Shown here: in pieces, positions 28,027-37,953 of the stretch
How the letters are laid out: every line of letters begins with the position of its first letter
Position numbering within the stretch: the first letter of the stretch is position 1
Notes under the pieces: generated by a model
What the model was told of the DNA's origin: nothing
Seen by the model: only the letters and a program-made list of their open reading frames with translations
Databases searched by the model: none
Source: an uncultured bacterium
GTDB lineage: Bacteria > Bdellovibrionota_C > UBA2361 > JANWWW01
Length of the DNA stretch: 64,000 nucleotides
Direction: 5' to 3'
Assembly (NCBI GenBank): GCA_938038205.1
Contig: CALHSA010000003.1
Location: 3,760-67,759 of the forward strand
Position numbers and translations under genes: made by a program

Positions 28027-28888
28027 AGCTTTTGGTCTAATAATTGGAAAAGGAGAATTAGCGTTAAAAGTTTCCGAACTAGCTAATAAAAAAAACAAAG
28101 TTATTAACTGTTTCCTTGATTCACATAACTTTTATCAATTTAAAAAAAAGTTTAAATACGCTCCTGCTTTTAACATTGGCATAACTCAGATTTCAAAAAT
28201 ACTAAATCTATTTAAAAAAAATAACGTAAGGAGAATAGCAATGATTGGGTATTTTGTTAAACCCTCGTGGCTATCATTTCTCTTAGCTGACAAACATTTT
28301 AAATCCCTTCATACTAAACTTCATGAACAAAGTGCGACCCTTATCGGAAAAGAACTGATTAAATTCGTTGAATCCCAAGGTTTCGATGTTATTGCTGCGG
28401 ACGAACTAGCACCGGAGGTGCGCATACCTGAAGGTTACTACGTTGGTAATTTCTATGAAGTAAAAGATGAAAGTGAACTTGGATTCCAATTTTTGATTAT
28501 AAATTCAGTTTTTCATTTTGCTCAATCAGTTGTAGTTAAAGGGAAAAGGATCATATCCTCTGAGGACCATCTTGGCACGGATGCACTAATTAATAGAATT
28601 AAGCTAAGTAGAATCAAAGACTGTGTTTTAGTTAAATGCAGAAACAGATTTCAAGATATTAGATTTGATTTACCTGTGGTTGGAGATTCTACAGTGCTCG
28701 CTTTAAAGAGAGCCGGATTTAAGGCTTTAGTAGTTGAAGCAAATACTACGCTAACTGAAGATTTATCTAGATTAATCTCATTATGCGAGAAATATAGAAT
28801 CTCCTTTTTTTCCGTTAATATCCAAACAATTGAAAAAAATTATTTTTTGGATCAATTAAACTCTAAAATCTGGGGCTCCGCTGGTTAA
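28013..28888 (+). CDS. lpxI: UDP-2,3-diacylglucosamine hydrolase LpxI (DUF1009) - putative
   Basis: 'GLIIGKGELA' N-terminal glycine-rich loop and C-terminal 'LVVEANTTLTED' match LpxI family patterns; located directly after lpxA as in alphaproteobacterial lpxA-lpxI. Confidence 0.55.
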   Translation: MVQDEAFGLIIGKGELALKVSELANKKNKVINCFLDSHNFYQFKKKFKYAPAFNIGITQISKILNLFKKNNVRRIAMIGYFVKPSWLSFLLADKHFKSLHTKLHEQSATLIGKELIKFVESQGFDVIAADELAPEVRIPEGYYVGNFYEVKDESELGFQFLIINSVFHFAQSVVVKGKRIISSEDHLGTDALINRIKLSRIKDCVLVKCRNRFQDIRFDLPVVGDSTVLALKRAGFKALVVEANTTLTEDLSRLISLCEKYRISFFSVNIQTIEKNYFLDQLNSKIWGSAG

Positions 28889-28923
28889 CACCATAGATTC
28901 TTATTTGTGTATAATTTTACAAA

Positions 28924-30672
28924 ATGCCAATTATTCAAACACAAGAGGATAAAAGTATTCTATTTAAGAAAAGACACTCGGCTAGTCATGCTCTTGCTCA
29001 AGCAGTTTTAGAAATATTTCCTGGAGCTCAATTGGGCATTGGTCCGGCAACGGATGATGGATTTTATTATGACTTTTTATTAGAAGAAAAAATTACCCCT
29101 GAACACCTTCCAATTATTGAACAAAGAATGAAAGAGATTATAAAACAAGGACATGATTTAATTTATGAAGAGATTCCTGATGAGGAGAAAGCAAAAGCAT
29201 TATTCAAAAACCAAAGATTTAAGGTTGAATTAATAGAGGACATAAAAAACAAGGGAGAAAAAATATCCATTTACAGACAAGGAGACTTTTATGATTTATG
29301 CAAAGGACCTCACGTAAAAAGTTTTAAAGATCTTAATCCTGATGGTATTAAGCTTCTAAAGGTAGCTGGTGCATACTGGAAAGGGGATGAAACTAGGGAA
29401 ATGTTTCAAAGAATCTATGGAACTTATTTTGACAAAAAAGAAGAACTAACTGATTATCTTGAAAAATTATCGCAAGCTGAAAAATATGATCATCGAGTGC
29501 TTGGTAAACAGCTAAAAATTTTCATGATTTCTCAAAGTATTGGCGCCGGACTTGTAACTTGGTTACCAAAGGGGGCTCAAATAAAACATACCTTGGAAAC
29601 CATGCTAAGAAAAATTTTAACTGAGTACGGGTATGTTTTTACAAGCACTCCACATATAGGGAAGGCTGAATTATGGAACACAAGTGGTCATCTGGATCAC
29701 TATCAAGAGAATATGTTTCCCCAGATGGTATTTGATAATGAAGCTTTTTTTCTAAAACCGATGAATTGTCCTTTTCATATAGAGGTATTTCGAACTCTTG
29801 TACAAAGTTATAGAGATTTACCCTTGAGACTTGCAGAATTTGGAACCGTTTATAGATATGAACGCTCAGGCACTTTACACGGATTGACTCGAGTAAGAGG
29901 ATTTACCCAGGATGATGCTCACATATTCTGTTCAAGAGATCAACTTTTTGACGAGCTTTCTGCTTTAATTGAAATGTGTTTTAAAATACTGCATATATTT
30001 AAATTTCAAAATCTTAAAATCTACTTGTCTACCAAACCAAACAACTCCACAGGTGATACTGAAATTTGGAGCTTTTCAGAGGAGATCTTAAAGCGCGTTT
30101 TAGATGATAAAGGAATATATTACTACGTTGATTGGGGTGGTGGAGCTTTTTATGGGCCCAAAATAGATCTTAAAGCAGAGGATAATTTAGGCAGGGAGTG
30201 GCAGCTAAGTACAATTCAGCTTGATTTTAATTTACCTGAAAAATTCAAAATAAGTTTCACAAACAAAAATAACCAACCTGAGAGACCAATAATAATTCAT
30301 CGAGCGATTTTAGGCAGCATGGAGAGATTCATAGGGGTGTTATTAGAGCATTTTAAAGGCAACCTCCCATTTTGGATAAGTCCAGAGCAAATGAGAATTA
30401 TAACAGTTTCGGAAAGCCACATACCATATGCAGAAGAAATAGCCCAAATACTAAAAAATTTTAGATTAACAAAAGATTACAGTGCTGAAAAATTGGGGTT
30501 TAAAATACGGAATGCAGAGGTTGATAAGATACCTTGCATGATAATAATTGGGGACAAGGAAGAATCATCTAAAACTGTTAGTGTTCGATTTAAAGGCGCC
30601 AAGACTTCTGAGGTAATACTCGCGGATAACCTTTATGATTTCTTTAAAAATAAGGAAGAATGTTGGGAGTAA
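28924..30672 (+). CDS. thrS: Threonine--tRNA ligase lacking the N-terminal TGS domain
   Basis: Begins at the N2/editing-domain 'HSASHALAQAV' motif; class II motifs 'FRTLVQSYRDLPLRLAEFG', 'HRAILGSMERFIGVLLEH'; in-frame TAA 4 codons upstream of the ATG. Confidence 0.9.
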   Translation: MPIIQTQEDKSILFKKRHSASHALAQAVLEIFPGAQLGIGPATDDGFYYDFLLEEKITPEHLPIIEQRMKEIIKQGHDLIYEEIPDEEKAKALFKNQRFKVELIEDIKNKGEKISIYRQGDFYDLCKGPHVKSFKDLNPDGIKLLKVAGAYWKGDETREMFQRIYGTYFDKKEELTDYLEKLSQAEKYDHRVLGKQLKIFMISQSIGAGLVTWLPKGAQIKHTLETMLRKILTEYGYVFTSTPHIGKAELWNTSGHLDHYQENMFPQMVFDNEAFFLKPMNCPFHIEVFRTLVQSYRDLPLRLAEFGTVYRYERSGTLHGLTRVRGFTQDDAHIFCSRDQLFDELSALIEMCFKILHIFKFQNLKIYLSTKPNNSTGDTEIWSFSEEILKRVLDDKGIYYYVDWGGGAFYGPKIDLKAEDNLGREWQLSTIQLDFNLPEKFKISFTNKNNQPERPIIIHRAILGSMERFIGVLLEHFKGNLPFWISPEQMRIITVSESHIPYAEEIAQILKNFRLTKDYSAEKLGFKIRNAEVDKIPCMIIIGDKEESSKTVSVRFKGAKTSEVILADNLYDFFKNKEECWE

Positions 30673-30965
30673 TTTTTTACTTAATTTTAGCGGCTTCCGT
30701 AGCATCTTTAGGTAAACTTTATCACACAGACATGGTAACAAACTCAATTATTTTAGCCTCAGTGATGTTGTGTCTATCAGCTTTAGGGTTTCAAATTAGC
30801 TTGATTTTTATCCAACGCATAATTTTTTTTCTAGCTCTTCTACTTTTCCCTTCAAACATAATTTTATCAACTACTTTTAATACCAATTTTGGTAAAGGTT
30901 TTGAACCTTTAGGAGGGTCTTTGCTTATTATTGGGCTTATTACTCTGAGTTTTTTACGCAGATGA
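30660..30965 (+). CDS. Small hydrophobic membrane protein (hypothetical)
   Basis: 101-aa ORF exactly filling the thrS-dnaE gap, with overlaps at both ends. Could be spurious in an AT-rich genome. Confidence 0.3.
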   Translation: MLGVIFYLILAASVASLGKLYHTDMVTNSIILASVMLCLSALGFQISLIFIQRIIFFLALLLFPSNIILSTTFNTNFGKGFEPLGGSLLIIGLITLSFLRR

Positions 30966-33900
30966 GTTTAAAATTTGCTCACCTTCACGTTCATACTGAA
31001 TACAGTTTTCTTGATGGTGCTAATAGGATTGATAAGCTTGTTAACAAAGCAAAAGAATTAGATTTTGAAGCTTTAGCTATTACTGATCACGGCAATTTAT
31101 GTGGAGTAATGGATTTTTACAAGGCTTGTAAAGCAGCAGGTATCAAGCCAATTATAGGTTGCGAACTATATATAGAAGGATCTGAAAATCAGAATTATCA
31201 CTTAACTGTATTAGTTAAAAACTACGAAGGGTGGAAAAACTTATCACGGCTATCAAGCCGCTCTTTTTTAGAGAATTTTTACTATAAACCAAGGATAAAA
31301 AAGAGTTGGCTTACTGAGTATAGGGAAGGTCTAATAATTCTCTCCGGTTGTTTGGCCTCAGAATTAGCAGATTATGTTATTAAAGAAAGGTTTGACTTAG
31401 CGGACAATCTTCTCGAATTCTATCAAAAAAATTTTCGTGAAAACTTTTACCTAGAAATTCAACCTCATAAAATACCTAACCAGGAAAAATTAAACTCTTA
31501 TCTCTTGGATAGATCAAAACTTTTTGGAATTCCATACGTAATAACGAATGATGTTCATTATCCTACTGAGGATTACCATCTAGCTCAGGAAGTTCTTATG
31601 TGCATCAGCACTAGAAAAACTTTAGATGATCCCTCTAGGATTAGACATGAAGGTTTAAAATTAAACTTAAAAACTGCAAACGAAATCATTCAAGATTTAG
31701 GCAATGAATCATGGGTTGAAGAGGGCCTAAAAACAGCTTACGAAGTAGCAAAAAATATTGATTTTGAATTCAAACCACAGCCAATATCTGTGCCAAAAAT
31801 AACAAATTCACCGGATGAATCTTTCAAGCTGTTAGAAGAGAAAGCTAGAAACGCATTTCAAATGAAAATACTTAAGCAAGAGGCTGATTCAGAACTTGAT
31901 AAATACTTAACTCGCTTAGAGTTTGAACTTGATCAGATAAAAAAGATGGGTTTCTCAGAATATTTTTTAGTTGTAGCTGATTTTATTGAATGGGCAAAAA
32001 AAAATAATATACCAGTTGGGCCCGGACGAGGTAGTGTAGCTGGAAGCCTTGTAGCATATCTACTCGGAATAACTGAGATAGATCCCTTAAAATATAACCT
32101 TTTTTTTGAGAGGTTTTTAAACCCTGAGAGGATTTCATTACCAGATGTTGATGTTGATTTTTGTTATGAAAAAAGAGACAAAGTTATTGAATACGTAATT
32201 GAAAAGTATGGAAAAGATAAGGTTGCAGCTATAGTCACCTTTGGGACCTTAAAAGCGAAAGCGGCGATAAAAGATGTTGGAAGAGTGCTGGGATTCTCTT
32301 TCTCAGAAGCTGAAAAAATGGCTCAGCTAATCCCTGCTCCAAGACAAGGATTTGATTACACTTTAGCTGAGAGCATTGAACTTGAACCCAAGTTAAAAAA
32401 AGCTCTTGAATCAGAAAGGTATAAAAATTGGTTAGAGATAGCCTTAAAACTTGAAGGTTTAACTAGACATGCCTCGAAACATGCTGCTGGTATTGTCATT
32501 AGCGGTCAATCACTGATGGATTTGATACCGCTAATGATTGATAAGGATCAAAATATCATTACCCAATTCTCGATGCACCACCTAGAGGAGTTTGGATTAA
32601 TTAAGTACGATTTCCTTGGTCTTGAAACATTAACATTTATCAGCGAAGTTCAGACAAAAATTGAAAAAAGTCGAGGTATTCAAATAAACCTTAGTAAAAT
32701 ACCTCTTGATGACCCAGCTGTGTATAACTTGCTTTCTTCAGGAGATACATTGGGTGTTTTTCAACTAGAATCAAGTGGGATTAGGGAGTTATTAAAAAAA
32801 ATAAAGCCTACCTGCTTTAATGATTTAATTGCTATTTTAGCCTTGTACAGGCCCGGTCCTCTTGAATCAGGGATGGTTGAAAAATATATTAATCGAAAAA
32901 ACGGAAAAGAAAACATAACATACCTTGATGAGAGACTTAGTGACATTTTAAAAGAAACCTTTGGAATAATCGTATATCAAGAGCAAATCATGCAAATTGC
33001 TCAGAAGTTAGCAAATTACACTTTAGCTCAAGCTGATATTCTCCGTAAAGCTATGGGAAAGAAAAATCCAGAGGAAATGCAAAAACAAAGATCCAAATTC
33101 GTCGAAGGATGCCAAGCTAATGGAATATCAGCATCTGTAGCAAACGAGATATTTAATCAAATGGAAACTTTTGCACGCTATGGCTTTAATAAGAGTCATA
33201 GTGCCGCATATGCGTTGATTAGCTACAGATCCGCATACTTGAAAGCTCATTTTTTAGAGGAATTCCTCGCAGTGCTTCTAAGTTTTAAATCACAAGATTC
33301 TGAAAAAATATACGAGATAATTAATTACGCTAGAGAGAAAGGCATTAAAATAAAACCTCCTGATATTAATGAGAGTTTGGCTGACTTTGTTGTTAAAGAT
33401 AGAAATATTATTTTTGGGCTAGAGGCAATTAAAGGGATATCGAGAGCTGTAGCTGAAAAAATAGTTGAAGAGAGGTCTAAAGGACCTTTTAAATCTTTCT
33501 ATGATTTTAAGGCAAGGTGTTCGGAAATAATACCGAATAGAAAAATATTTGAGGCTTTGATCTCAGCTGGAAGTTTTGATTCAATATCAAACTCAAGAAA
33601 AAGTTTGCTTAAAGCTTTAGATAAAGAAAAAAATCCAAAACTTTTATTTGATATTGACCAAAGCTTACCCTCTCAGGATCAAGAAACAATCCTTGATAGA
33701 TTGAGAATTGAACGAGATTTTCTTGGATTTTATCTATCTGCTCATCCCCTTGATTTTTTTTGTTTTAGCACTAGCACTGAGGATAAATTGTCCAATTTAA
33801 AATCTTTGAAAAGTGAATCAAATGTTTACGCAGTTGCTATTATTCAAAATGTTAAGTTTAAATCAGGAAAGAAGGGTGACAGGTACGCCACATTTTTATT

Positions 33901-34390
33901 AGAGGATAAAACCGGTGTAGTTAACGCTATTTGCTGGTCTAACGTGTTACAAAAAGTGGAGGATTTTTTGTTGTCTGGAGAGATTGTATTTGTTAAAGGT
34001 TATGTCAGATTAAGAGACGACTCAGTCATAGTAAATGTCAATGATATTCAGCCTTTTGAGAGCGGTATAAAAGCTGGATGTGAAAAAATCTTCTTTGCAA
34101 TTCCAGAGGAAAACATACAGAGAATCGAGCCAGAACGAATACTCGAAATTGTTAAAAATCACAAAGGCAATATTCCTATGGAAATTCTTTTTATTGATAA
34201 TAAAGGAAAAATCATTAAAAGACTAGATCATAGAAATTTCAGGGTTGAGCCATCTATGGCACTGATTTTACAGTTTATTAGTTTTGCCTACATTAGTCAT
34301 GTTGACTTTTTAATAAAAACATCAAAGATTTTTGAAGCCGTGGATAAGGATAAAAAAGACTTACCTTTTCAAGAATTAAAAATAAATTAA
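30962..34390 (+). CDS. dnaE: DNA polymerase III alpha subunit
   Basis: PHP domain 'FAHLHVHTEYSFLDGA', polymerase core, OB-fold; 1142 aa. Confidence 0.9.
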   Translation: MSLKFAHLHVHTEYSFLDGANRIDKLVNKAKELDFEALAITDHGNLCGVMDFYKACKAAGIKPIIGCELYIEGSENQNYHLTVLVKNYEGWKNLSRLSSRSFLENFYYKPRIKKSWLTEYREGLIILSGCLASELADYVIKERFDLADNLLEFYQKNFRENFYLEIQPHKIPNQEKLNSYLLDRSKLFGIPYVITNDVHYPTEDYHLAQEVLMCISTRKTLDDPSRIRHEGLKLNLKTANEIIQDLGNESWVEEGLKTAYEVAKNIDFEFKPQPISVPKITNSPDESFKLLEEKARNAFQMKILKQEADSELDKYLTRLEFELDQIKKMGFSEYFLVVADFIEWAKKNNIPVGPGRGSVAGSLVAYLLGITEIDPLKYNLFFERFLNPERISLPDVDVDFCYEKRDKVIEYVIEKYGKDKVAAIVTFGTLKAKAAIKDVGRVLGFSFSEAEKMAQLIPAPRQGFDYTLAESIELEPKLKKALESERYKNWLEIALKLEGLTRHASKHAAGIVISGQSLMDLIPLMIDKDQNIITQFSMHHLEEFGLIKYDFLGLETLTFISEVQTKIEKSRGIQINLSKIPLDDPAVYNLLSSGDTLGVFQLESSGIRELLKKIKPTCFNDLIAILALYRPGPLESGMVEKYINRKNGKENITYLDERLSDILKETFGIIVYQEQIMQIAQKLANYTLAQADILRKAMGKKNPEEMQKQRSKFVEGCQANGISASVANEIFNQMETFARYGFNKSHSAAYALISYRSAYLKAHFLEEFLAVLLSFKSQDSEKIYEIINYAREKGIKIKPPDINESLADFVVKDRNIIFGLEAIKGISRAVAEKIVEERSKGPFKSFYDFKARCSEIIPNRKIFEALISAGSFDSISNSRKSLLKALDKEKNPKLLFDIDQSLPSQDQETILDRLRIERDFLGFYLSAHPLDFFCFSTSTEDKLSNLKSLKSESNVYAVAIIQNVKFKSGKKGDRYATFLLEDKTGVVNAICWSNVLQKVEDFLLSGEIVFVKGYVRLRDDSVIVNVNDIQPFESGIKAGCEKIFFAIPEENIQRIEPERILEIVKNHKGNIPMEILFIDNKGKIIKRLDHRNFRVEPSMALILQFISFAYISHVDFLIKTSKIFEAVDKDKKDLPFQELKIN

Positions 34391-36639
34391 TTAGATCTAA
34401 ATAAGTTTAAAGCACACCCTTTTTTAAACCATTGAATTTGCTCATCCGAATATGAGTGCGACAAATGTATAACGATCTCATCTAGATTGTTTTTAACAAC
34501 ACACTCAATCGGTTTATTAGGTTGAAACCAATCAGAATTAAACTTAAATGACACTAATGAATCTTCTTGAAAGATATCATAATCCTGAGGATTGATAAAT
34601 GTAAGAGCCAAAATACCCTGTTTTTTTAGGTTTGTTTCATGAATCCTAGCAAAACTTTTCGCGATGACTACTTTGCAATTCAAGTACCTAGGGGTCATAG
34701 CAGCATGCTCTCTGCTAGATCCTTCTCCATAGTTTTCATCACCTACTATGATCCAACCTACCCCTCGCTCCTTGTAATAACGTGCAACATTTGCAGGGGT
34801 AGATATCTCGCCTGTCAAAACATTTCTTGCCGTTCCAGGCTCAGAGGTGAAAGCATTAACTCCAGCCAGAAGTAAGTTATCTGAGATCCGATCTAGATGC
34901 CCCCTATATTTTAACCAAGGCCCAGCCGGCGAAATATGATCTGTTGTGCATTTACCAACAGCCTTGAATAGGACCCTAAGATTTTTAAAATCCTCTACTT
35001 TTGGAGGTTCAAAAACAGGTAACAAAGCTAAGCGATCACTCTCAGGGGAGATCAAAACTGAAACCGATTTACGCTCATTTGGATTCGCTCGTTTAAACCC
35101 TTCATATGTTATAACATACCCATTTGGGGGTAAGTCCTCTCCTCTTGGTGACTCGAAAAATTTTCCAGAACCATTGATAGGATCTACCAGTGGGTTTGCA
35201 TCGAGTGTGCCATAAAAAGATATCGCAGTTACCAACTCTGGACTACTTATAAATGCCATGGTTTCTTCATTTCCATCATTCCTCTTCTTAAAATTTCGGT
35301 TATAGCTAGTCACGATTACGTTTTTTTCTCCTTTTTTAATATCTTTCCTCGTCCACTGACCAATACAAGGGCCACAAGCGTTAGCTAAAACCTGGGCTCC
35401 AACAGCCTCAAAAATATCTAATATACCATCTCTTTTTATAGTTTGGAGAATTTGATCAGACCCTGGAGTTACAAGCAAAGGTATTTTAACTTTGAGTCCC
35501 ATGTCAAACGCTTGCTTTGCTATGGAAGCAGACCTCGAGAGATCCTCGTAACTCGAATTGGTACAGGATCCTATTAGGCCGTATCTAATATTAACTGGTA
35601 TTTGATTTTCATATAAGAATTGCCGCATCTCGTAAACCGAGTGAAATAGGTCTGGCGTGTGAGGACCTACCCATCCTGGAACTAATGAACTTAAATCAAT
35701 ATGAATAACCTCATCATAAAATTTTTCTGGGTTTTCAAGAACTTCTTTATCCGCCTGAAAATACTCCATCTTCTCTTCAACGAGCTTTGCTACATAATCT
35801 CGCTCCGTAAGTTGTAAATACTTCAAAGCCCTTTCATCAATTGGAAAAATTGATGTGGTAGCACCCAGCTCCGCACCCATATTTGTTATAGTAGCTCGCC
35901 CAGTAAGACTCAACTCAGAAACCCCTGGTCCAAAGTACTCAAGTATTTTCCCTGTTCCACCTTTAACCGTAAGCAAAGATGCAACTTTAAGTATTACATC
36001 CTTAGCCGAGCACCAAGGTTTTAGCTTCCCTGTTAACATCACTCCTACTAACTTTGGAAATGTTACGGTCCAGTTAAGTCCAGCCATGACCTCAGCAGCA
36101 TCAGCCCCACCAACTCCTATGGCTAGACAGGACAGGCCTCCCGCATTTGGTGTATGGGAGTCGGTCCCTATTATTAAATTTCCTGGAATCGCATACTTTT
36201 CAAGAACTACTTGATGAATTATGCCTGCTCCTGGAGCCCAGAAATCAATACCATACCTTAAGCAAGCTGACTCTAAAAAATCATAAACTTCCTTATTTTC
36301 ATCTATAGCCCTTAAAAGATCACTTTTTGCCCCCTCTTCAGCTCGTATTAAATGGTCACAGTGAACTGAGGATGGGACAGCAACATAATCTCGACCCGCT
36401 GTTATAAACTGAAGTAGCGCCATCTGAGCAGTTGCATCCTGCATAATCACCCTATCAGGTTTCAAAACTAACTCATCTATTCCCTTTCTAAAGTTGAGCT
36501 CAGAATTAGACGCTAAATGAGCAAATAATATTTTTTCTGATAACGTCAACGGACGAGAAATTTTCGTTTTTATTCTGTTAATCTTTTCAAAGTAATTTTT
36601 ATAAAATTCCTCAACCCACAAACGGTCTAGAGCTTCCAT
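34387..36639 (-). CDS. acnA: Aconitate hydratase (mitochondrial-like ~750-aa type)
   Basis: Fe-S ligating regions 'IGSCTNSSYED', 'NACGPCIGQW'; domain order 1-3 then swivel domain. Confidence 0.9.
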   Translation of the reverse strand: MEALDRLWVEEFYKNYFEKINRIKTKISRPLTLSEKILFAHLASNSELNFRKGIDELVLKPDRVIMQDATAQMALLQFITAGRDYVAVPSSVHCDHLIRAEEGAKSDLLRAIDENKEVYDFLESACLRYGIDFWAPGAGIIHQVVLEKYAIPGNLIIGTDSHTPNAGGLSCLAIGVGGADAAEVMAGLNWTVTFPKLVGVMLTGKLKPWCSAKDVILKVASLLTVKGGTGKILEYFGPGVSELSLTGRATITNMGAELGATTSIFPIDERALKYLQLTERDYVAKLVEEKMEYFQADKEVLENPEKFYDEVIHIDLSSLVPGWVGPHTPDLFHSVYEMRQFLYENQIPVNIRYGLIGSCTNSSYEDLSRSASIAKQAFDMGLKVKIPLLVTPGSDQILQTIKRDGILDIFEAVGAQVLANACGPCIGQWTRKDIKKGEKNVIVTSYNRNFKKRNDGNEETMAFISSPELVTAISFYGTLDANPLVDPINGSGKFFESPRGEDLPPNGYVITYEGFKRANPNERKSVSVLISPESDRLALLPVFEPPKVEDFKNLRVLFKAVGKCTTDHISPAGPWLKYRGHLDRISDNLLLAGVNAFTSEPGTARNVLTGEISTPANVARYYKERGVGWIIVGDENYGEGSSREHAAMTPRYLNCKVVIAKSFARIHETNLKKQGILALTFINPQDYDIFQEDSLVSFKFNSDWFQPNKPIECVVKNNLDEIVIHLSHSYSDEQIQWFKKGCALNLFRSN

Positions 36640-36697
36640 TATTTTTTTATTTTATCGAATTTATCAAGTTCATAAAACTCCCGTACAAATCTTCAAG

Positions 36698-37039
36698 CTA
36701 AAATTCAGTGTCCTTGTTTAAAAGATCATAATTCACCAGAAATTGGAGTAATGAAAAATAACTTAAATCCATTTTGTCTAGCCACTCATTAACCTTTTTC
36801 TTATCATGCTTGTATAGAAGCAGAAGTAATTCGTCATAACGTGGTATGTAGAAAAAACTATCATCCAACACTAACTTTGTTTTCTCTCCAGTAAGAATTG
36901 AGATTAAATGGTTCGGAATTATTAAAAACACTTCAAATCCTAGATCTGCATAACCCCTACCCCAAAAATCATAATGACATGGATCCTTACTTAACTGTAA
37001 CTTAGATAAAACTTGTAGGGCATCCTCATCTACAACCAC
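36698..37039 (-). CDS. Hypothetical protein (possible C-terminal continuation of the upstream ORF across an in-frame TAA)
   Basis: 113-aa ORF starting with GTG immediately after the TAA of the 37040-37888 ORF, in the same frame. Confidence 0.3.
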   Translation of the reverse strand: MVVDEDALQVLSKLQLSKDPCHYDFWGRGYADLGFEVFLIIPNHLISILTGEKTKLVLDDSFFYIPRYDELLLLLYKHDKKKVNEWLDKMDLSYFSLLQFLVNYDLLNKDTEF

Positions 37040-37888
37040 TTAAAATCTACACTCAAATAACACGGAATTAATATGACTTGAGCTTAAAGATTGCAGATTC
37101 TCGTTAATCTCAATTGAATAAACGTCAAAATCGTATTTTGGGCACAGAACAACATCTTCTGAGCCTGCTTCATCCCTTTTAGTCCAACTAACGTAAACCT
37201 GCTGCTTTTTTAGATTAACTAGGTTCATTTCCAAGAACAATGTTCCCATCTGCTTACGAAATCTGGCATACGACGAAGAATGCACATTGAAAAGATTTAA
37301 AACCCTTATCAGCGAATCACTATCAGTATCATGGCTTGCTTTCGCTATGAAAGGCTGAAAAACATAACTCTCTTGGTGTAAGACAATTTCAGAATCAAGA
37401 TTAACTAAACTGTACTCTAATTCAATCCAGTACTTTCTGTGACTTAACGGAATGAGGAATCCCACGGGGACAAAATCAAAAAACTTTTGATGTTTAAGTT
37501 CAATCACCTCCAATTTCTCAGACAACACTGATCCTGAACTATTTTTAAGACTGATTGAAACATTTAAGCTGACCCTACTAGATTTCCTCCCTAAAAAATT
37601 ACACGAACAAGACATATACAGTATGTTTCCGTAAATGCTTATCTCTCTCAAACAAACTGGCGATACTTGAGATAAAGTAAAAACCCTTCTATTCAGGAAT
37701 AATTTTGCTAAATCAATGTTTTTTGGCTCCAAAAGAATTTGCTCAAGGAAAGATACCTCTTTGTCTGAATTAAAAAAAATCAAACCAGGCTCTCGAGCCA
37801 TTAGAAGTATTTGAGCTAAATCCGATGGAGTTTTTAGATTTGTTATTTTTGATGCTAACTCCAAAATAACTTTAGCTAACCTAACCAT
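37040..37888 (-). CDS. Hypothetical protein
   Basis: 282-aa ORF, no recognisable family; divergently oriented from PDH E2. Confidence 0.4.
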   Translation of the reverse strand: MVRLAKVILELASKITNLKTPSDLAQILLMAREPGLIFFNSDKEVSFLEQILLEPKNIDLAKLFLNRRVFTLSQVSPVCLREISIYGNILYMSCSCNFLGRKSSRVSLNVSISLKNSSGSVLSEKLEVIELKHQKFFDFVPVGFLIPLSHRKYWIELEYSLVNLDSEIVLHQESYVFQPFIAKASHDTDSDSLIRVLNLFNVHSSSYARFRKQMGTLFLEMNLVNLKKQQVYVSWTKRDEAGSEDVVLCPKYDFDVYSIEINENLQSLSSSHINSVLFECRF

Positions 37889-37953
37889 TTAACCTAAGGG
37901 AAAGTTTATGATGATTCTGGCAAAATTTAAATATAAAAAGTAAACTAAAAAAC

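Noticed and set aside
28889-28923. Possible T-box or other leader upstream of thrS
   Set aside because: Only 35 nt separate lpxI and thrS, which is too short for a T-box riboswitch.
34639-36214. Three plus-strand ORFs (78-119 aa) antisense to aconitase, one Pro/Ser/Ala-rich
   Set aside because: Antisense to a highly conserved CDS. Composition bias reflects codon complement, not a real protein.
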